Part shown: positions 1 through 17,799 of the stretch, in pieces
Layout: every line of letters begins with the position of its first letter
Numbering within the stretch: position 1 is the stretch's first letter
Assembly: GCA_964016885.1 (NCBI GenBank)
Contig: OZ024762.1
Location: 124,001-188,000, forward strand
Reading direction: 5' to 3'
Length of the DNA stretch: 64,000 bases
DNA from: Eledone cirrhosa
Taxonomy: Eukaryota
Notes under the pieces: model-generated
What the model was told of the DNA's origin: nothing
The model's database searches: none
What the model saw: only the letters and a program-made list of their open reading frames with translations
Made by a program: the position numbers and the translations under genes

Positions 1-106
1 TATATACATATACATATATATATATATATATACATATGTGTATATGTATATATATATATATGTGTGTGTATATATATATATATATATATGTGTGTGTATA
101 TATATA

Positions 107-165
<59 letters not shown>

Positions 166-291
166 GTGTATATATATATATATATATATGTGTGTGTATA
201 TATATATATATATGTGTGTGTATATATATATATATATATATGTGTGTATATATATATATGTATATATATGTGTATATATATATATTAGATA

Positions 292-377
<86 letters not shown>

Positions 378-875
378 CGTATATATATATATATATATAC
401 TTACATATATACACACGTACATACATACACAGACACACAGACACATGCATGTATAATATATAATATAAAACCAAAGAAACTTGTAGAAATGTAAATATCT
501 TTAAAATGCAAGAGGGGGAGAGAGGGGAAGAGAAGGAGAGTGTGTGTAAGGAACAGAGGGAGGGAGAGAGAGTGAGGGAGGGGAAGAGAGGGAGAGTGTA
601 TGTGAGGAACAGAGAGAGAGAGAGAGAAAGGAAAGGTAAATGAAATCGAAACGAAAACAAAATGTTAGTTCGATCTGTCGAAACTTCCGTCTCATTAACT
701 CTGATTGAATTCACACCAATGGCGTCTTTTTAGCTTTCACGTCTTCCTTTTGTCATATCCATATATCACATCTCACACTTTCTTCTATCTTATTCTCTCT
801 TCTCCTCTCTTATTCCCTCTTATTTTCTTCTCTTCAGTAGGGAAAATCTTAATATGAGCACACACACTCACTCAC

Positions 876-1452
<577 letters not shown>

Positions 1453-2114
1453 TACATACATACATACATACAATTGCCTTCCAAGTAATCTTATGTGGGA
1501 TTCCTTTCTTCTTTAATTAGCAGGCTCTCTTTGCCAAAGCCGTGCTGGTTCTCATATCAGAAATCCTGAAGGAATGAAGATGCAAGTAAAAACGCTGTTT
1601 AAAACAACGCCCAACATATTTTTTGCTAACTCGAGAATTCTCTCAGGTGTTGCGTGTAATCTCTGCCTCTTATACAATGGGATTTAATATTATATTACAT
1701 TTCTATTGGAGAGAGCAGTTCTCTTTAATCTTACTCGAGAGCAGCTTAGACTTTGGTAAGATTGGGGCTAGGGTTATATAGTGGCTTTTTTAATGTACAT
1801 TTCTATTAGAGAGGACAGTCCTCTTTAATCCTAGCTTTGATTTAGCTAGGGATGGAGCTAGGGTAGGGGCTAGTGTTACATGGTGGCTCTGTTAATGTAC
1901 ATGTTACCTAATTGATCTATCAGACTTGTGGTCAATTAATGTTAAATGGTAGCAGTTGATGTCATGTGCAATTCTGGCGTCTGATGCAATAACTAATTTA
2001 CAATTTGATTTCGTTTCCCAATGAATAGAGACATTACAAATAATACACAATACATAAATAAAATCGACAGAAAATATTGACTGTTAGGTTAATGGTTGAT
2101 ACTTCTAGCCAACT

Positions 2115-2148
<34 letters not shown>

Positions 2149-2234
2149 ATATATATATACACACACACACATATATATATATACACACACACACACATAT
2201 ATATATATATACACACACACACACATATATATAT

Positions 2235-2277
<43 letters not shown>

Positions 2278-2308
2278 TATACACACACACACATATATAT
2301 ATATATAT

Positions 2309-2378
<70 letters not shown>

Positions 2379-3179
2379 GCGTGAATGTCTGTGCGTGTGT
2401 GCAGACACACAAATCTAAATCCATACAAGAATTCAATTGACATACATATGTCTATGCACGTATTACTGCGTGCATACATATATACACACACACACATATA
2501 TATATACATGCAGAAAGCACGGCACGTTAAGTTCAATAGCTGTTGCTGCTACTGCTACTACTACTACTACCACCACCACCACCACCACCACCACTACCAC
2601 TGTCTCCTTGATATAGAGACCTTTCTGTGTATTGTCTGGCTTCCAAGAGAGAGAAAATAAAACCTTGGAATATCTGAAAGAGTCAATGATTCTGTGGCTT
2701 TTAACCTTTGGAAAATATTCAAATAAATATTAATGAGAAAGATGTCGGCTGACTGATCGTTATTTTAGCTTCTGTTAGCAGAAAGTCGTCGGAACATTAA
2801 GGATTCAATAAAAACACCTTCTTTGCTTCTAACATGCCAAAAACAACAGAGTTTAATCAAGTTCAACGTTAGATATTTATTTTTCTTTCCCTTTTCTGTT
2901 GTTGTTGTTTTTTTGTGGGGGGGAGGTAGACTACGTAGCCCGGCAAAATAGACAAATATGCTTTTAAAGCTTATTTTACTGGTAAACCCTAAAAGGACAC
3001 AACACTAGCCGGGGCTCCCGGAAGCTTATTTTATTGTATAATAAATAGTATTTTAGAACCCAGGTAGTGACTTCTATCTTTAACCCAGGTCGTGACTTCC
3101 TGCTAAAATCATTAATTTCGAAAATATTTGACTTTCTGGTAAAATTGTTAAACCATGGAACTCAGTAGATGTCGTGGAC

Positions 3180-3510
3180 CGGGCTGGGTGTTGTGTCCTT
3201 GAGCTAAACACTTCATTTCACGTTGCTCCAGTATACTCAGCTGAAAATGAGTACCAGCAATAGCTGGGGCGTTTAACCCTGCAATGGACTGGTGTCCTGT
3301 TCAGGGAAAAGTCGTGTACTCTCAGTCGCTTCACGCTACGAATCCGGAAAAAGCACCGGCCTTACAAGCCTTCTAGCTTAAGACAGACTTTAACCTGCGA
3401 CGGACTGGTGTCTTGTCCAGAGAAGAGTCTTGTACTCTCAGTCGCTTCAAGCCACGAAACTAGGAAAAGCACCGGCCTAACGACACTTCTGGCTTAAGAC
3501 AGACTTTAGA
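3180..3510 (+). mobile_element. 5'-truncated SINE with tandemly duplicated 3' part
   Basis: TGTTGTGTCCTTGAGC..CACTTCATTTCACGTTGCTCCAG..CTCAGCTG shared with the full SINE at 39472; the CCTGC(A/G)A(T/C)GGACTGGTGTC..AGTCGCTTCA..CTTAAGACAGACTTTA block occurs twice (~3278 and ~3394). Confidence 0.75.
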
Positions 3511-3589
3511 TATCCCAGTGTAGGCGGCAAATTATCAAAGACGAATAGAATTGGAATGTTTTTGTGCTATTCGTTCCAACTCTTTGCTC

Positions 3590-3816
3590 TCTGGGTTCAA
3601 ATCCCACCGAGGCCAACTTTACTTCTCATCCTTTCGAGGTCAATAATAAAACTACAAACTACATATCTAGTACAAGGGGTCATTCTTCCTCTACATCTTT
3701 TTCACACTTCTCTCTCTGTCTGTCTCCAATTTCCCAGTTCAAATCCCGCTGAGGTCAATTTTGCATTTCAGCATTTTGAAATCTATAAAAAGAAGTACCA
3801 GTCACGTACTGGGGCC
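3590..3816 (+). mobile_element. Two degenerate SINE fragments (B box plus Nin/Deu-like domain)
   Basis: GGTTCAAATCCCACCGAGG..TCATCCTTTCGAGGTCAATAA and AGTTCAAATCCCGCTGAGGTC..AAGTACCAG..ACTGGGG; related to copies at 14724 and 54585. Confidence 0.65.
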
Positions 3817-3957
3817 ACGTTTCCTCTATGTCTCTATCATCCTCTTTCTCTCTTCTTCTTCTTCGTCTTCTTTCTTCTTCTTCTTCGAAAGAAATCAACT
3901 ACATTCAGACATCAATATTTCGGTTTTGTTACTCTTTTCGGTCAACCACACATACAC

Positions 3958-4058
<101 letters not shown>

Positions 4059-4192
4059 TGTGTGTGTGTGAGTGAGAGAGAGAGAGGGGGTAGAGACATC
4101 ATGTTCTATTCTAACCTTGGAGCTATTAAGTCCAAAGGAAGACGGCATACCTACAAATTGTGAAAGCGATCATATGAGTGCATCGTGTAAGG

Positions 4193-4254
<62 letters not shown>

Positions 4255-4371
4255 GTGTGTGTGTGTATATATATGTATATGTAAATATATGTATATATAT
4301 ACACATATGTATGTAGATGAATATACACATATAAATATTTATATATCAATCTGTGTGTCCGTCGGTATATA

Positions 4372-4402
<31 letters not shown>

Positions 4403-4490
4403 GTATATATACATATATGTATATATATACATATATATATATATACATATATGTATATATATATATATATATATACATATATGTATATAT

Positions 4491-4523
<33 letters not shown>

Positions 4524-4898
4524 GATATATGTATATGTGTATATATATATATACATATATATATATATGTGTGTGTGTATCAGTAGAATATTTACGTCAC
4601 TTCAACAAGCAGCAAGTTAAAGAGAAGATGTAATATATAGTGACAGCAATAAGACTTCTGCTTGTCTTCTCATCTGATTTATATCTATATGAATATTGAT
4701 GGTAGGGGGCGCTGCATGGATGGAAATCATTGTCTCACTCTGCCGACGGCTGGTGGATATATATGTGTGTGTGTGAGTGTGTGAGAGTGAGTGTGTGTGT
4801 TTGTCTAAGTGCGAGTGTGTGTGTGTGTTTGTATGTATTTCTTAGTGTATCTATGTATGTATATGATTATAACTGTTCTGTAATCTTATTCTTATATA

Positions 4899-4983
<85 letters not shown>

Positions 4984-5109
4984 CTTATAAATATACATAT
5001 ACATATATATGTCTGTATACATATATATTTGTATATATATAGAGAGAAGGATGTATGTGTATATATATATATACATATATATATAGAGAGAGAGAAGGAT
5101 GTATGTGTG

Positions 5110-5167
<58 letters not shown>

Positions 5168-5496
5168 TACATATATATATCTATGTGTATAAACATACGA
5201 ATATGAATTTGTTTTCCTCTGTGTCTATCTGTCTCTAGGTATGTATGTATGTATGTGTATATATATATGTATCTATGTATATATATATATGTGTGTGTGT
5301 ATATATGTGTATGTATGTCTGTGGTTGTATATGTGGAAGTGGTTTCCTCCATCAAATCACTTAGTGTCACTGAACAAATATCTCTTTTCACGAAAATCAC
5401 GTTAGACGTCGTAAATCTGGGTGTTTGTCAAGATATATGGCCGCCTAATGTTGCCAATATATACATATTATACATCTGTATATCTACATATACATG

Positions 5497-5534
<38 letters not shown>

Positions 5535-5587
5535 ATTATTATTACTATTAAGTCCACTACTACCACGAAGTCATAAAGACAGAACAG

Positions 5588-5626
5588 CAAGGAGCGTTTC
5601 GTTGTCTTGATCAACTTTTCAACCTG
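5588..5626 (-). ncRNA. Degenerate type I hammerhead-like motif
   Basis: Minus strand CAGG-UUGAAAA-GUUG-AUCAAGA-CAAC-GAAA-CGC-UC-CUUG: stems I and II pair; core has two substitutions vs CUGAAGA. Confidence 0.45.
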
Positions 5627-6027
5627 TGTAGGGGGAAGGGACCCGAAGTAACTTATGGTTTTTTGAATCCATAACCCTTGCAATTAGAAAGGTTCTGAAT
5701 TCCAAGGAAATGAAATCTGAAATTCATTCAGATTTAAATGTTACATAAGCCAAAACAATAAGTCAGATAGAGTTGGTGTGACTTAGGAATAAAGTTAATG
5801 TATAGATGTATTACATTGTTAGAGGTAGTTGTTATGGGAGCCAGTTCTTTAGAAGGAGCTTCTTGATGTGGGGACAGTGAGCGAAGAATTTTAAACACGA
5901 ATGGAATATTTCTAAAATGGTGGAATTACTCTGCTAATTACAGACATACGTACAGAGACACACAAACAGGACAGAAAGCCATATACATATACACACTCAT
6001 GCCATACATACACACTATATATATGCA

Positions 6028-6105
<78 letters not shown>

Positions 6106-6183
6106 TATATATATTGTTGGTTGCCCTTGAAATATATATAAAATAATTATGGTTTTATAAATATAGTTTCCATTTATTAATAT

Positions 6184-6245
<62 letters not shown>

Positions 6246-6627
6246 ATACACATATATACATGCACATAACCATACTATCAATTATATAAAACACACACAC
6301 ACACAACACATTACACACATACAGAATGTGCAGGTATAAACACACACACACACACGTTAGAGTGCCAAGTAGTTCGAGTTTCCAATCAATTCTTACCATT
6401 CCTTCAGACTTCTGTCAAGTTATTTTCTGTAAATAACTTTCCTGGAGTCTGTATATATATTATATATACACATATATTTTTATGTATATACACATACTTA
6501 TTGATGGCAAACAATGATACACACACACACACATGTATATATATATGTATATATTTATTTATTTATATATGTATTTTTTTTTGTATGTCTGTATATATAT
6601 ATATATGTGTGTGTGTGTGCATACACA

Positions 6628-6682
<55 letters not shown>

Positions 6683-6748
6683 GTGTGTATGTACACACAC
6701 ATATATGTGTGTGTGTATATAAATATTTATATACATATATACACACAC

Positions 6749-6785
<37 letters not shown>

Positions 6786-6804
6786 TATACATATATACAC
6801 ACAT

Positions 6805-6877
<73 letters not shown>

Positions 6878-7209
6878 GTCAGTCACTGCTGTTGTTTTAC
6901 TGTACATTAGATATGACTGTGTCATAATATAGAAGTCTCTCTCTATTGCAGCAGTCCGGGCTTCAAACTCTTAGATTTCATCTTAGTCTTGCCAGAAATC
7001 TTCATCCATTTCCTTCTTCTCATCTCTCTCTCTCTCTCTCACTCTCTCTCTCTCTCTGTCTATGCATACATATATATATATATATATGCCTGTGCATATG
7101 CCAGTGTGCCACTATGTATGTATATTATACATATATATACATTGTATATATATATACATATATATATATATACATATATATATACATATATATACATATA
7201 TATATATAC

Positions 7210-7288
<79 letters not shown>

Positions 7289-8029
7289 CATATATATATA
7301 CATATATATATATACATATATATATATATACATACATATATATATACATATATATATATACATATATATATACATATATATATATACACATATATATATA
7401 TACATATACATATATATATATATATATACATATATATATACATATATATATACATATACATATATATATATATATACATATATATATACATATATATATA
7501 CATATATGTATATATATATACATATATATATATATATAAACCTGTATGTATATATATACCTGTATGTATATATATACATTTGTCATGCTCTGTATACATT
7601 TACACGGAACCTGGCTTTCATCTTGTTCCATCGACCAAAACGTAAAGATTTGACGAGATTCTCAACTGAGAAGCTAGTATTATTGATATTGCAGTAGATG
7701 GCGGTGGCGGTGTGGTGGTGGTGGTGGGAGAGGATGTGGTAGTGGTGGTGGCGGTGGTGGTGGTGGTGGTAGTGGTCGTGGTGGTGGTGTGTGGTGGTGG
7801 TTGTAGTGGTGGTAGTGGTGGTGGTGGAGGAAGAAATAATAGAACATCTTAACTGACTTAGATATGGAATATATATACATGTATGTATGTATATATATAT
7901 ATGTATATATATGTATATATTACTCTTATACCTTTTCACCTCTTCCAGCCATCCGGCTGATGCGATGCTGGGGCACATATATAGATATATTTCTTAGCAC
8001 GACATGTAGGACTTGACTGGCCCTGGAAT

Positions 8030-8300
8030 ATCAGCCAGTCTTTCCTGGCCCAAATGAAATAAAATCTGCCAGTGTTTCCTGGCCCAAATAGAAGGGAAAC
8101 TCCCAGTCTTTCTTGGCCCAAATAGAAGAAAAACTGCCAGTGTTTCCTGGCCCAAATAGAAGGAATAGTCCCAGTCTTTCTTGGCCCAAATAGAAGGAAT
8201 AGTCCCAGTCTTTCTTGGCCCAAATAGAAGAGAAACTGCCAGCGTTTCCTGGCCCAAATAGAAGGAATACTCCCAGTCCTTCTTGGCCCAAATAGAAGGA
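8030..8300. repeat. Composite minisatellite with GGCCCAAATAGAAG core (~30-36 bp units, ~8 copies)
   Basis: Repeated CCAGT(C/G)TTTC(C/T)TGGCCCAAATAGAAG. Confidence 0.9.
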
Positions 8301-8819
8301 TAACGACGCCACAAATGCAGACCTCCACCGAGGAGTCTGCAGTTAATAAAATCCACCTGATATTATAACATTAGTTTGAATAATTAGGTCCTGCGTTATT
8401 TGTACATAGAAGACGATCAATATGGTTTATAATGAGGACGTTTATCCGGTTTGCAGACGACAGTTTTCGGGAGAAATGTCTCTTATGTTTGCAAACAGTA
8501 AAATATTCTACTCATGTCGGTTTGCCGGGAACTAATCATGATCATCATCATCAGCATCACCATTACCCTCAACATCACCAACAAATGCAACAACAATCAC
8601 AGCAACATCACCCCCGTCACCATCACCATCATCACCATCACAACAAAAACACCACCACCACTACCGCCACAACATAATAGAATTCCTAATATGCGACACA
8701 ATCCTGATCGGGGCTTTAGCTGTAATTATAATACACGGCTTAAACACACATATACACACATACACACATGTACACATATACATACACATGCGCTCAGACA
8801 CATATTCACACATTACACA

Positions 8820-8896
<77 letters not shown>

Positions 8897-8911
8897 GTAT
8901 ATATATATTTA

Positions 8912-9002
<91 letters not shown>

Positions 9003-9142
9003 ACATATATATATATATGTGTATATATATATATATATATATGTATGTATACATATATATATATATGTGTATACATACATATATATGTCTGTCTGTGTGT
9101 ATGTATATATATATATATATATATACATACATATACATATAC

Positions 9143-9173
<31 letters not shown>

Positions 9174-9328
9174 CATGTATATATATATATATATACACAT
9201 ATATATATATTCATACATGTCAAAATTTACATAAATGTATCCTCGCAAACTCACACACATTTGCGCTAATCCACTTACACACACTAACACACACACATTC
9301 TCCCACACACACACTAACACACACTTTC

Positions 9329-9361
<33 letters not shown>

Positions 9362-9824
9362 AACACACACTAAAGCCCCATGTCATAAAAGATATGTGGG
9401 GGGGGACAAACAGAAGCTAAATATTGTATAATGAGTTCTTTTGTATAAATATTGGTTGTAGGATGAGAGGTGGGGGGGGGGTCTTAATGGTGGTGGTGGT
9501 GGTGGTGGTGGTAGTGGTGGTGTGGTGGTGGTGAAATGGTAGTGGTAGTGTAGTGGTTTAGTGGTGGTGGTGTTGTGGTGGTGTTGTTGTGGTGGTAGTG
9601 GTGGTGAAATGGTAGTGGTGGTGGTGGTGATATAGTGGTGGTGTAGTGGTTTAGTGGTGGTGGTGTTGTGGTGGTGGTAGTGGTGGAGTGGTAGTGGTGG
9701 TGGTGAAGTAGTGGTGGTGGTGAAGTAGTGGTGTAGTGGTAGTGGTGGTGGTGGTGAGAAGAATACTATTTTAATAAAAGAATAATTAAAAGCAAACACA
9801 TTACATGTGACTGAGGGAAGAGAG

Positions 9825-9858
<34 letters not shown>

Positions 9859-10353
9859 CGGATCAAACAAGTCAAATCCTTTCTCTCGGTTGAACGGAAA
9901 CAACGATTAAGAAGATTGGAGGAATTGTGGGTAAAAGTTGACCTGGGATTTCATCTTGAAACGACAGAAGGGAGAGAAGCAGGGTTGGATATGTGTTGTG
10001 TGTATATATAAGAGTGTTTATGTGTGTGTATATGTGTGTGTGTATGTTTTTGTGTGCATGTGTTGTGTATGTATGGGTGTGTATGTGTATGTTGTGTGTA
10101 TGTGGGTCAATATACAACAGCAACAACAACAACAACAACAACACAGCAACAACAACAGAAACAACAACAACAACAACAGCAACAACACAGCAACAACAAC
10201 AACAGCAACAACAACGAAAAAAAAGTATTAAGTACCAGTAATGCACTGAGTAATTGTGGCCTTGTGCCAAAAGTAGAAACAATTATCTCCATACTGTCAT
10301 CATGCAAGAAAAAAAAGGTTACATGTATCCCCGCCGTTACATAGAACCGTCTT

Positions 10354-10520
10354 CAACAACAACAACAACAACAACAACATCAATAACAATATGAACAACA
10401 ACAACAACATCAATAACAATATGAACAACAACAACAACATCAATAACAATATGAACAACAACAACAACATCAATAACAATATGAACAACAACAACATCAA
10501 TAACAATAACAATAACAACA
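10354..10520. repeat. (AAC)n-derived 30 bp tandem repeat
   Basis: CAATAACAATATGAACAACAACAACAACAT x ~4-5. Confidence 0.85.
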
Positions 10521-10719
10521 TTACCAACAAAAACATGATAAATAAAAAAGCAATGAGAATGTTTTCATAAACCAGTAAATATTTTCCAAATTGTAAGTCA
10601 TATTTATATATATGTATATATATTCACCTACATTATATGTATGTATATATATTCACCTACATTATCTATATGTATATGTATGTGTTCCTGTTTATGTGCG
10701 TATAAGTTAATATAGGTGA

Positions 10720-12245
<1,526 letters not shown>

Positions 12246-12652
12246 ATGCACATATTTATGTGTATATAAATATATATACATACATACATATAAGCACACA
12301 CACATAGACACACACACACACACACACACGCGTCCATACGTATCTGTGTATCTTATCTACAGTGTTATTCACGACTAACGAGACTTCGCTTGTATAAAAA
12401 TGACGGACATTTTATGTTTTTTTGAAAATGTTCGTCAGATAAATATTATAGTAGAATAGTGAACATTAACAACCAGAAACTTCTGACCAAATATATTTAT
12501 AACAATACTGCTAAACGAATAGATTGCCTTGCTGTCTCTTTGTGTCTGTGTGTGTATATATATATATATATATAATATACATATATATATAATATATATA
12601 AATATATATATATAATATACATATATATATAATATATATAAATATATATATA

Positions 12653-12689
<37 letters not shown>

Positions 12690-12722
12690 TATAAATATAT
12701 ATATATTATATATATATATATA

Positions 12723-12761
<39 letters not shown>

Positions 12762-13217
12762 GTTATATGCATGTCACATGTATATATCATATAAAATGGA
12801 CGTATTATCCTCTGATATAAAATGGAGGTATTATTCTGATAACCTTACAATACTGACGACTGCGTGACCAAGATAGGCTGGCATTTAAACTACGGACTAA
12901 ATCTGTGACATCATCTATATATTACACACACACACACATACATACATATATATATGTGTAAACAAAATTTGCTTTTGCTCTTAACATGGTGGCTACATAA
13001 ATATATTGGTGAGTGAATAAATATTGTAATGGTTTCTTATGAGTTTATAGAATGGTTTATAATAATATCATAATATTATTGATATTTGGTTTGTTAGCTA
13101 GCAAACAGCCTTATAAACACCATGAGGTAGGCGACCAACATAATCCCTATTATATATATATTATATGTGTCCATGTACATATACATATATAAATATGTGT
13201 GTGTAGTAGAGTGGGAA

Positions 13218-13329
13218 ATAGGAAAAAGTATGACCCCGACGGCAGAGCTCAAGCCGTTTCGACGGCTATTTCGAGTCCAGAAATAGCCGTCGAAACGGCT
13301 TGAGCTCTGCCGTCGGGGTCATACTTTTT

Positions 13330-13334
<5 letters not shown>
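13218..13334. repeat. Perfect inverted repeat, 55 bp arms, 7 nt loop; member of a dispersed repeat family
   Basis: ATAGGAAAAAGTATGACCCCGACGGCAGAGCTCAAGCCGTTTCGACGGCTATTTC / GAGTCCA / reverse complement; related sequence at ~23874 and ~62068. Confidence 0.95.
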
Positions 13335-13395
<61 letters not shown>

Positions 13396-14017
13396 AATTT
13401 ACAAACACGACAGCGCCTAAGTCTATCTTTGATGGAAGCAATGAAACTTTCGCACAATATATTTAAATGGTGCAGAAATTTGTTTCCAGTCTGCATCTAT
13501 ATGATTTTAATAAAACTCACATTTAATATTATCATTATCATTATTATTATTGCAATTATATTTCGCTCTAAAAGCTCCTTTTCAAATAATACCGTGGTAT
13601 ACAGACACCGAATGTACAACAACAACAACAACAACAACAGCAACAACAAAACAAGAAAGAAAGCATTAATAAAGGAGTTATATAAATTTATAAAATTTAT
13701 TAACTGCTGAAACCGATCTGAAATCCTTTTGAATTGAAATGTTAGAGAGAGACATTCTCTCCAACCCGTTATTCTAGCGTTCCACCATTCCATTATTCGA
13801 TAATTCCGTTATGCACGGTTACAGTATAAGTGAATGAGTCATAAAAAGGTTCTACTACAAGAATTAATGGCTCTGTAACAATAGGACAACATTCACGGAA
13901 CGTTAATAACGAACTTTTCTCAATTTTAGAAATCATTTTACTCTTAAGATGTTAAAAGCAACAGTCAGCCAGACGAAAATTTGAGAATACATACACACAC
14001 ATATACATACATGCATA

Positions 14018-14080
<63 letters not shown>

Positions 14081-14171
14081 AAATATATATATATATATAT
14101 ATACAAATATATATATATATATATATTAAAAAAATTAACTCGAGTTTTGAAAAGCGAGTGTATTAGAACTC

Positions 14172-14219
<48 letters not shown>

Positions 14220-14568
14220 GAGTTCTAATACACATATGAAATAGAAGTATTATATAAGGAATAAATAATTGTTTCTATTTGTGGCACAAGGCCAGCAATT
14301 ACCTCAGTGCATTATCATCATCACCACCCTCGCCACCATCATCACTATCACCATCACCATCACCATCATGGTGCTGTTGATTCTGTTAAAGGCAACGAAG
14401 CATGAAATGAAATATGATTTCACTTCTTAATCCCAATCTTAAGTGAAACTAAAGAAAACATTGAAGAGGAGTGGTGGGGGTAGATGGGGGTGGGAGTATA
14501 GGCGTGGTGGGAGTGGTGGGAGAAGGGGTGGAGGGGAATAGGGGTGGAGTGAGTCTACATGTGAGAAT

Positions 14569-14660
14569 ATATATCTGAGGAGCTTTCTATTCTGGAGTCA
14601 GGTTCGATCATTAATCGATCGTTCCTCGAACTGATAGACTGTGAAACATGTGTAATATGT
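14569..14660 (+). ncRNA. Type I hammerhead ribozyme candidate with extended stem II
   Basis: AUAUAU-CUGAGGA(14575)-GC..UCUAU..UCAGGUUCGA...UCGAACUGA/AUAGA..GU-GAAA-CAUGUG-UA(14654)-AUAUGU; stems I, II and III all pair. Confidence 0.7.
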
Positions 14661-14723
14661 AATTAAATATATATATGATACAACACTGATTCTTTGTTCC
14701 CTTATATATTATTATTATTATTG

Positions 14724-14830
14724 ATGCCGAGGTTAACTTTGCCTTTCATCCTTACGAGGTCGATAAAATAAAGTACCAGTAATACACTGGGTAATTGCTG
14801 GCCGTGTGCCAAAAGTAGAAACAATTATTA
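14724..14830 (+). mobile_element. SINE 3' half with Nin/Deu-like domain
   Basis: GCCGAGGTTAACTTTGCCTTTCATCCTTACGAGGTCGATAAAATAAAGTACCAG..TGTGCCAAAAGTAGAAAC; other pieces at ~10225-10285, ~14270-14310 (minus) and ~54585-54700. Confidence 0.75.
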
Positions 14831-14852
14831 TTGATACTCTGCTCCCCAAGAG

Positions 14853-16503
<1,651 letters not shown>

Positions 16504-16613
16504 ACCCCCCCCCCACTCTCAAGAGCGTGAAACTAATAAACCTTTGTTTGTACTGCCTCTCTGTTTTGTTCCCGTTCAATTTTTCACTATACATATACAT
16601 ATATATATACATA

Positions 16614-16685
<72 letters not shown>

Positions 16686-16719
16686 TATATTAAATATGTT
16701 TTGAAACAGTGAGCAGGTT

Positions 16720-16943
16720 TGAAATTAGAAAATAGAATAGCTTTCACCGTATTTTTGACTAAAGGAATTTTAGCCTGATAATGGGGTTTAGAACCCTCCG
16801 ATAAATGGAAAAAGATGAGTATTGACGTACATGTATGTCAATACTCATCTTTTTCCATTTATCTGAGGGTTCTAAACCCCATTATCAGGCTAAAATTCCT
16901 TTAGTCAAAAATACGGTGAAAGCTATTCTATTTTCTAATTTCA
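16720..16943. repeat. Loop-less palindrome, 112 bp arms, 2 mismatches
   Basis: TGAAATTAGAAAATAGAATAGCTTTCACCG...GAGTATTGACGTACA|TGTATGTCAATACTC...CGGTGAAAGCTATTCTATTTTCTAATTTCA; centre 16831/16832. Confidence 0.95.
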
Positions 16944-16954
16944 CATATATATAT

Positions 16955-17014
<60 letters not shown>

Positions 17015-17160
17015 GCAGTGAATTGACCTTTCCGCCTTCTATCTTTGCACACGGCACTAGACAGAATTGCTTCTACATCATTCACTCTCATCTCGGGAAC
17101 AATTTTGAATAGCGCCCGTTCGTAATTCGAACTCGGGAATTTGATATTCTCCGAGTGAAA

Positions 17161-17250
17161 AGACCCTTCTGACGAGAGTCTTTCTTTTCAATGGAGGCCT
17201 GTAAGGACTATCCATTTATTTTTGAGACTCGAAACCGTACGGTAAATGTA
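17161..17250 (+). ncRNA. Type I hammerhead ribozyme candidate (probable Penelope-like terminal repeat)
   Basis: CUGACGA(17169)-GAGUCU-43 nt-AGACUC-GAAA-CCGUACGG-UA(17244): intact core, perfect 6 bp stem II, palindromic stem III; stem I is weak. Confidence 0.75.
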
Positions 17251-17316
17251 ACCATAGCAGGTACAGTGAATTTTTTAAAATTTATTTTATAACTTTTTCT
17301 TATTTGCTAAACCTTG

Positions 17317-17362
<46 letters not shown>

Positions 17363-17768
17363 AGAGAGAGACGTATATATACATGCATGTATATAAATAC
17401 ATATTTTCCTATATATTTAAATGCATCTAAGCTGCTGTGACTCAAGAGATTTAATTCTCGATGCAAAGCACTTGTAGAAAAGTGATATTTCAATCTTTCC
17501 TCTCCGTACAAAACATACTGCCCTCTTTGAACTAATACTAATCAATTAAATCAAACTGAAATAAATGATTTCTTCTCATATTATCAATCCCGAAAGTAGA
17601 AAGGTGTTGAGGAGATCAATATTAAACAATATTTATTGAAATCCTTAGGGAACGAAAGTGTAGATATAAATGTTAAAATATATTGCTACGTTTTGTGGTT
17701 TATTGTGTAATGGAACAATTGGATGTGAAAAAGACTTATTAGTACAGCTTTCAACACAACTGGCTTAA

Positions 17769-17799
<31 letters not shown>

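Noticed and set aside
1524-1590. Plus-strand exon candidate (TTAGCAG..CAA|GTAAAA)
   Set aside because: Weak donor; the sequence resembles a degenerate reverse Nin/Deu-type SINE domain.
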